Assembly: GCA_951406725.2 (NCBI GenBank)
Contig: OX597817.1
Coordinates: 70,122,001-70,186,000 of the forward strand
Origin: Octopus vulgaris
Lineage: Eukaryota
Direction: 5' to 3'
DNA: 64,000 bases
Part shown: one piece after another, positions 57,476-64,000 of the stretch
Layout: every line of letters begins with the position of its first letter
How positions within the stretch are numbered: the first letter of the stretch is position 1
The notes under the pieces: generated by a model
What the model was told of the DNA's origin: nothing
Seen by the model: the letters and a program-made list of their open reading frames with translations, nothing else
Databases searched by the model: none
Program-made: the position numbers and the translations under genes

Positions 57476-57718
57476 GACAACTACGGACAACTGCTGAGAA
57501 ACCTTCAGCTTCCATATACAGATCACAAATTCACATTTATAGCAATAATAATAATAATAATTAATGCACTTGGTTTAGTGCGTAAATGCCTAAGTAACAA
57601 AATGGAAAATCTAGAGTATTCAGAAAGAGAAATCAACCAGCAAATTCGCACATTACAAATGCAATCTATAAGGGGAACAGTAAATTTATGCAAGATTTTT
57701 CTCGAGTTTAATATGTGA
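57476..57718 (+). mobile_element. Second R4/Dong-like LINE 3' fragment
   Basis: YGQLLRNLQLPYTDHKFTFIAII..ALG..LQMQSIRGTVNLCKIFLEF is paralogous to 56325-56530. Confidence 0.75.
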
Positions 57719-58361
57719 ATTTGTTTTTGATATCTACATTGCATCGATAGAACTTTGCATCTTTGCTAGAAACCAAACTTCTTCCTCGGAGGAAGAATTC
57801 AAATAATTAAAAACAGAAGAAAACATACATGCATACACGCACATATATGTATACATATATACGTATACGTATGTGTATATGCGTATACATGTATAGGTAT
57901 ACATATATATGTATACATGTATACACACACATACATACACACACAGACACACACTTTCATACATGCATAACCAACAAGAAAAATTTTATTCAATATCTTC
58001 CATGTGCATTAACTCGTTTCTATAATAATTAATACACCGCAAGCGATTGCTTTGCTCCAAATCAATTTACTCTTAGAAGAAATCGTTTTAATTAAATTCT
58101 CATATCTTAAGCGCCACAACAATTTCTTTTTTTGCTCGAAGAAAATTAAATTCAAATTTAAATAAATAAATAAATATATACTTAAATATGGCTTAACTGA
58201 GAAGTCCATTTGCATGCTATGCGTTTTTTCATTTATTTATTTTATTTTTATTTTATTCTATTTTATTTTATTTTAATTTTCGAATTTGATATCGAGGCAG
58301 GATGGAAGAGATTGTTATGTTATGTAACTGTAAGGTCAACTGTGATTAAGCATACATACAG

Positions 58362-59040
58362 CACTGCATGGCAAAATGATAAAAATTTCTTTAGCAAGAG
58401 GAAAATTTTGGACTGCTCTTTCTGCGTATGAAGTCAGTTTTGTTCCATTATATGTGGGTCTTGATCATCAAATGTTCCTATTTGTTTTTTTAAAAATGCA
58501 ATTGATTGTTCTTTTTAAGAGTTGTAAAAGTAGATATAATACATATTCGATCATGTCTATTTTTAGAACACTTTGATTTAAGTGAGTGTTTCGGATGTTA
58601 TTGTGACTTCTTGTATCACATTGATAATTATTCTGTTCACTATGGACTGCTTTTTTTTTTACTTTTCCACTTCAGTTTGCTTCAATTTGCATGGCAAGTA
58701 ATCCAGATCACTTTTGCTACATCTGTGAGTAATATGCATTCAAGGACTGTAGGAGAAATTCCTTGCCACTTATACAAGCATTACTTCAAAATGTAACTTG
58801 GAGACCAGGATACATGTTTTGCTCTACATATTGCATGCAAAGATTGTAGTGCTTGGATTTCCTTGTGGCCCTGTGGCAAGCAGAATTAAATGCCTTTTTC
58901 CACTCCAATAGCATTGTAAGAATAAAGCAGCCATGCTACTAATTGCTACTTTTGCATTACTAACGTTGAGGGATTCAGTAAGAAAGCTGCAAAGTGTATC
59001 CTAATTTGGCATCAACCATATGATCACAGCCATTCCACGA
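58362..59040 (+). mobile_element. Chapaev3-like DNA transposon 5' fragment
   Basis: Starts CACTG. NPDHFCYICE, YF..LGDQD..HIACKDC, MPF..HATNCYFC..YPNL. Confidence 0.7.
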
Positions 59041-59312
59041 ATACGAACTGTGATCTTAAGGGTCATGTGATTTGTGGAAACGCGCGTAGCGAAGCATTAA
59101 ATATTTATAATTCCATCCAAGAATTATTTTATTACTATTATATTTATCCTACATTATATCGGTACAGCTCGATGCAACCCCTAAAAACTGGTTCACCAGT
59201 CAGCATCATTAGACTGTGACCGGCATAATGGAATAGGAGCTTTATTTGCACATTCAAAACATTTCCCATAAACAAATTTAATATACACACACACACACAC
59301 ACGCGCGCGCGC

Positions 59313-59375
<63 letters not shown>

Positions 59376-59378
<3 letters not shown>

Positions 59379-59745
59379 TTTTAAATTCCATCCTGTCAAC
59401 ACCTCAAATGTAAAATTCTCCCCTGAAGACGGAGGTGGTCTTAGCCAATAGTAGATCCAAGTAACTTATCATTATTCCGGACCACCAAGCCCCTAGAAAC
59501 ACCTGTTGGCCTCGTTAAATTCTACCCATTTAACTCCTGATATCATTTATATTCTGTATGTCGTACTATTTAATATTCATACACATGTACATTTTTTTTC
59601 TATTAAATGTATTTAATATTCTGTGTAAATCGACTTGCCTAACTTTCTTCTCATTACATTTGCTCATCTACCGGCTCAAGTTCAAGTCTCTCGAGCATTT
59701 TGAAGTGCATTCTATATAGAGAACATCTGTCTCTAACCTATTAAC
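59376..59745 (+). mobile_element. pLTR-like insert in (TA)n with degenerate hammerhead (59419-59510)
   Basis: CUGAAGA at 59423, GUGGUC/GACCAC stem II and GAAACACCUGUU. Stem I is weak. Confidence 0.5.
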
Positions 59746-59757
59746 TATATATATATA

Positions 59758-60255
59758 AGGCAATAAAACGAATGGTTTACACCTGGGATCTTACTGGTAA
59801 AGCACTGTCACGTTCGCAGTGTTCGTTTTGTATATGGTAACTGAAAGACGGAAGATGGGATATACGAGAATTATTATTATCAATGATAACAATTGTTTCG
59901 ACACATGTAGCACCGATCCCTTCACGGGTGGGACACTTAACAAAATTTTCCCGCTGTATGGCGTGTTCGTTTCTTTTTTTTTTTTCACCTGTGATTTTAT
60001 TTTTGATCTTCTCTATAAATAAAGATATTTACTTCGTTTTGCTGCTCTTCTTTCTACAAAATGAGAAGATACATTGTGGAACTGTTATATTAACGAATCT
60101 ATTTATCACCCGATGAGACACATCTGCACCGTCGGATGTTCCTGAACCAGATATTAAGTGTCCCACCCGTGCGGGATCGATGCTACATGTGTCGAAACAA
60201 TTGTTATGATTAATAACAAAAATTCTCGTATATTCCATTTTCCGTCTTTCATTTA

Positions 60256-60262
<7 letters not shown>
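59758..60262. mobile_element. Head-to-head inverted PLE pLTR pair
   Basis: Arms 59831-59940 / 60154-60262 with (TA)n flanks. Confidence 0.8.
60105..60210 (+). ncRNA. Type I hammerhead motif, CCGAUGA variant with long stem II insert
   Basis: AUCAC-CCGAUGA-GACACAU..AUGUGUC-GAAA-CAAUUG-UU-AUGAU. Palindromic stem III. Confidence 0.7.
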
Positions 60263-60312
<50 letters not shown>

Positions 60313-60712
60313 ACTTCATTATCCATATACACTTTTTAAGACAGTAGCATACGGTTGGAACCCGATTTGGCTGCTATCTTTATAGGCGGTGATGCTGTTA
60401 TTGTGGTTAGCCATCTCAATACTTCATTCAGTGATAAGCACAGGTATTGTCATGAGATTGAGAAGTCTGCATTACACTCACGTGCTTCCCAAACAGAATG
60501 AGCAAGGGTTTTCAACTGTAGTGAGTGTAATTTACTAAACGGAAAGGGTGCAGAAAAGCCCCTGCAGCTCTTTATGCTCTGAGTTTAAATCCTACCAGGA
60601 TCAACTTTGCCTTTCATCCCTCCGCAGCTGATGAAATAAAGCACCAGTCAAGCACACGGGTCGATGGTATCGACCACTACTCCTCGCCTGGGCTTGTTCT
60701 CATTACCAGAAG

Positions 60713-60786
<74 letters not shown>

Positions 60787-60799
60787 TTTAAATAAAATG

Positions 60800-60839
<40 letters not shown>

Positions 60840-61283
60840 GACATTTTATTTAACAAATTTGGTGATAAAATGAAATTGACGATATTCGTTCTAGCACTGT
60901 GTGTTAGAGGTCGGCAAAATTGTAATTAGATACACTTAAATACATATTAAGACAGACAGGCCGGCTGACAAACCGACAAATAGATAGACATAGAGTGAGT
61001 GAAAGAATAATTATGTAACACAGAGTTCACCTTTCTAACATATCTTACTTTCGGACATTAACAACTCTCTCCCCTCCCTTCTGTCTATCTCCTCTCTCCC
61101 CTTCTCTCCCCTCTCTCCCCCCAGTTTCTTTCTCTGTTACAAAATTACCCTTACTTCTACCGTCAACTTAATTCTGTCTATATTCCTGTGTATAAATCCA
61201 AATCTATCTCACTGTTTTACGCACATATTTGCTTTGTTTATACCTTAAATATATCCTTTAATTTTTCTCGGGTGCTCGTTACT

Positions 61284-61362
<79 letters not shown>

Positions 61363-61904
61363 CACATACACACACACACACCGACACACATATGCAAATA
61401 CATACGCACACGCACACGCACACACACACCGATACACATACGCAAATGCACACGCACATATAATTTACGATATATTCTAAGTGCATAAAGCGTTACTGGT
61501 AGTTAAAGGGTTTCATATTTATTCCATGTAAACCCTCACCCCGCTTCAGTGCTGCACGCTTAATCAAGTAAAAGGTTATGTATAACTGGGGAAGACTAAA
61601 CTTGGGAAAAGAGCCAAATATAATTGAAAGAATAACAGAAAGCAAATTATTTACATTCGAAGCGTTCGTTTCAATCATTTTATGCAATCATAAAATCATT
61701 TCACCAGTAAAAGTTAATTGAAATATAATGATATGTATTTAATGCCGCCTTTAGAAACCCGGAAATCGCGTCCAAATAAAAATGATGATAAAGAAAAGGA
61801 TAAAATACTTTGTCAGAATCAAATATCCTGTACGAGAAAATAATAGAATAAAGAGAGGGAGAAAAAAAGCAAATGAAAAAGAACACAAGCAATAAAAAAA
61901 AACA

Positions 61905-62330
61905 GACTTGGTGTGGTTGTGTGGTAAAATGTCTGCTTCCCAACCTTATAGTTCTGGGTTCAGTCCCACTTCGTGGCAGCCTGGATAAGTATCTTCTGCT
62001 AAAACCTCGGGCAGACCAAACCCCTGTGAGTGGATTTGATAGATAGAAACTGAAAAAGCCCGTTGTATATATAAATGTCTGTGTATGCATGCGTGCGCGT
62101 GCGTGCATGTGTGTGTGTGTGTGTGTGTTTGTCTCCCACCACCGCTTGGAAACCGGAGTTGGTTTGTTGCCGTTCCTGTAAACAAGCGGTTTAGCAAAAG
62201 AGCCCGATAAAATAAGTACTAAGCTTAAAAAATAAGTTCAGGGGTCGATTTCTTCGACTAAATCCTTCAAAGCATTGCCCCCAAATGGTCGCAGTTCAAC
62301 GACTGGAACAACTGAATGATAAAAGATAAA
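61905..62330 (+). mobile_element. SINE family A, diverged
   Basis: Head, body and tail match. Confidence 0.8.
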
Positions 62331-62500
62331 AGATGAACGATCTAATAAAATAAAATAAACAAATAGACGTAGTTGATACAAGTTGCATACAGGTTGGTGG
62401 TACCGGTTCTCCATTACTAATCCGACAATCATTAATCCGGTTTCATCACTAATCCAATGCCAGTTGGCCTAATTTTAATTTCAAATTTTCGCTGTTCTTA

Positions 62501-63290
62501 AGGCAGCGTGTTGGTAGAGTCGTTAACACGCTGGACAAAATGCTTAACGGCATTTCTTGTCTTTACGTTCCGAGTTCAAATTCCGTCGAATTTTGTCTTT
62601 CATCCATTCGAGGTTTATAAATAAAATAAGTATCAATCAAGCACTGAGGCCGATGTAATCGTTTTACCCATTTCTCCGAAATTGCTGGTCTTATACCAAA
62701 ATTTGAAACCATTTTTATAACCTGATAATAAGCCGGCAAGCTGGCAGAATCGTTAGCACGCCGGGCGAAATGCCTAGCAGTATTTCGTCTGCCGCTACGT
62801 TCTGAGTTCAAATTCTGACGAGGTAGACTTTGCTTCTCATCCTTTCGGGGTCAATTAAATAAGTACCAGTTACACACTGGTGTCTATGTAATCTACTTAA
62901 TCCGTCTGTCTGTCCTTGTTTGTTTCCTCTGTGTTTAGCCCCTTGTGGGTAGTAAAGAAATAGATATTTCGTCTGCCTTTACATTCTGAGTTCAAATTCC
63001 GCCGAGGTCGACTTTGCCTTTCGTGGTCGATAAAATAAATACCAGTTGGACACTGCGGTCGATCTAATCGACTGATCCTCTCCCAAAAATTTTCAGGCTT
63101 TGTGTCTTTAGTAAAAAGTATTGTTATGTTATTAATACGTTCAGTATTCAAATTCCTTATTGGACGACTTTGTCTTTCATCCTTTCAGGACCGCTAAAAT
63201 AAGAATCAGTCGAGCACTGGGCACGATGTAATCGACTAGTTACCATCCCCAAAATTTCAGGTTTTTGGCTATAGAATGAAGGATTATTAT
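62501..63290 (+). mobile_element. Cluster of about four SINE family B-related copies
   Basis: Repeated GAGTTCAAATTC..GACTTTG..TTTCATCC. Confidence 0.8.
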
Positions 63291-63694
63291 AACATGTTCA
63301 TTATTATTCCCCGCAATGATTCCAATGAATAAAGAAAGTGTTTCACGCTGTGTAAATCGCAAACACTGGATGTTGTCTATTAAAGATAAGAAGAAAAAAA
63401 ACTTGACAGTGGTGTGTCTGTAAAAAGTCTGTGCGAGTTATACAGTACTGGTTTCCCATAGTTTATGACATAGAAAAGCAAAAAAAAATACTAGTTTTTT
63501 TTTTCTTCTAACAGCAATGCAAGGAAATACTTATGTAAAAAGAAAGCAATAGAAGATGGAAAAGTTCAGAATTAGATCCAGTTTTGATGAATTGTTTAGA
63601 GATTTGATGAAAAAAACAAACCCCAAAATTTCATAAACGTTAGGTCTAGGTTTTGAGTGATATTACTCTGCGGATCGACATGGGTTAATGTTTC

Positions 63695-64000
63695 GTGCAG
63701 CGAGTAGTTAAAAATGTTCACTGGACAAGGAAGTAGATATCAAGTTTGTTGACGAGTTCACTGAATTAGTTTCAGATGAATCTTTAACTACTTGGCAGGT
63801 CTGCAATGGAGTGAAACTGCTTTTTCCGAAATGTGATCCGAGAAAAACACTGATAATAATGGATACAGAATTAACAAAATGTTATAAATCATCGAAAGAT
63901 CGTATCGCTGTACTGAGTTACTCTTATGCCATAGGTCTAAATTGTTGGTCGTTGGTAAAGGTTTATGTCCAACGGCTTTTAAAGTTATGACACACCTCAT
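63695..64000 (+). pseudogene. pogo/Tigger-like transposase remnant
   Basis: KFVDEFTELVSDESLTTWQVCN, PRKTL, YKSSKDRIAVL and KLLVVGK..PTAFK. Confidence 0.75.

Noticed and set aside
63360-63688. piggyBac-like end (GGG-TTAA)
   Set aside because: No matching second TIR or transposase was found.

Overview
AT-rich, microsatellite-saturated eukaryotic DNA with no supportable host gene. It is most likely intronic or intergenic octopus/coleoid sequence, inferred from the SINE families and repeat density. Almost all supplied ORFs are translations of (TA)n/(CA)n/(TATG)n/(GATA)n tracts. Real content: two Penelope-like element (PLE) RT-GIY-YIG fragments, CR1-, Tx1/L1-, RTE- and R4/Dong-like LINE fragments, a full-length dead mariner, hAT-, Chapaev3- and pogo-like remnants, Helitrons and two tRNA-derived SINE families. 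Many short inserts in (TA)n are fold-back inverted duplications, and several carry type I hammerhead ribozyme motifs, some with variant cores. The main finding is three diverged non-coding tandem elements (14.6, 35-38 and 56.6 kb). They share a covarying RNA fold with a complete hammerhead catalytic core whose strands are in a pseudoknotted order that is not a circular permutation of types I/II/III. All structures were derived by eye and are untested.
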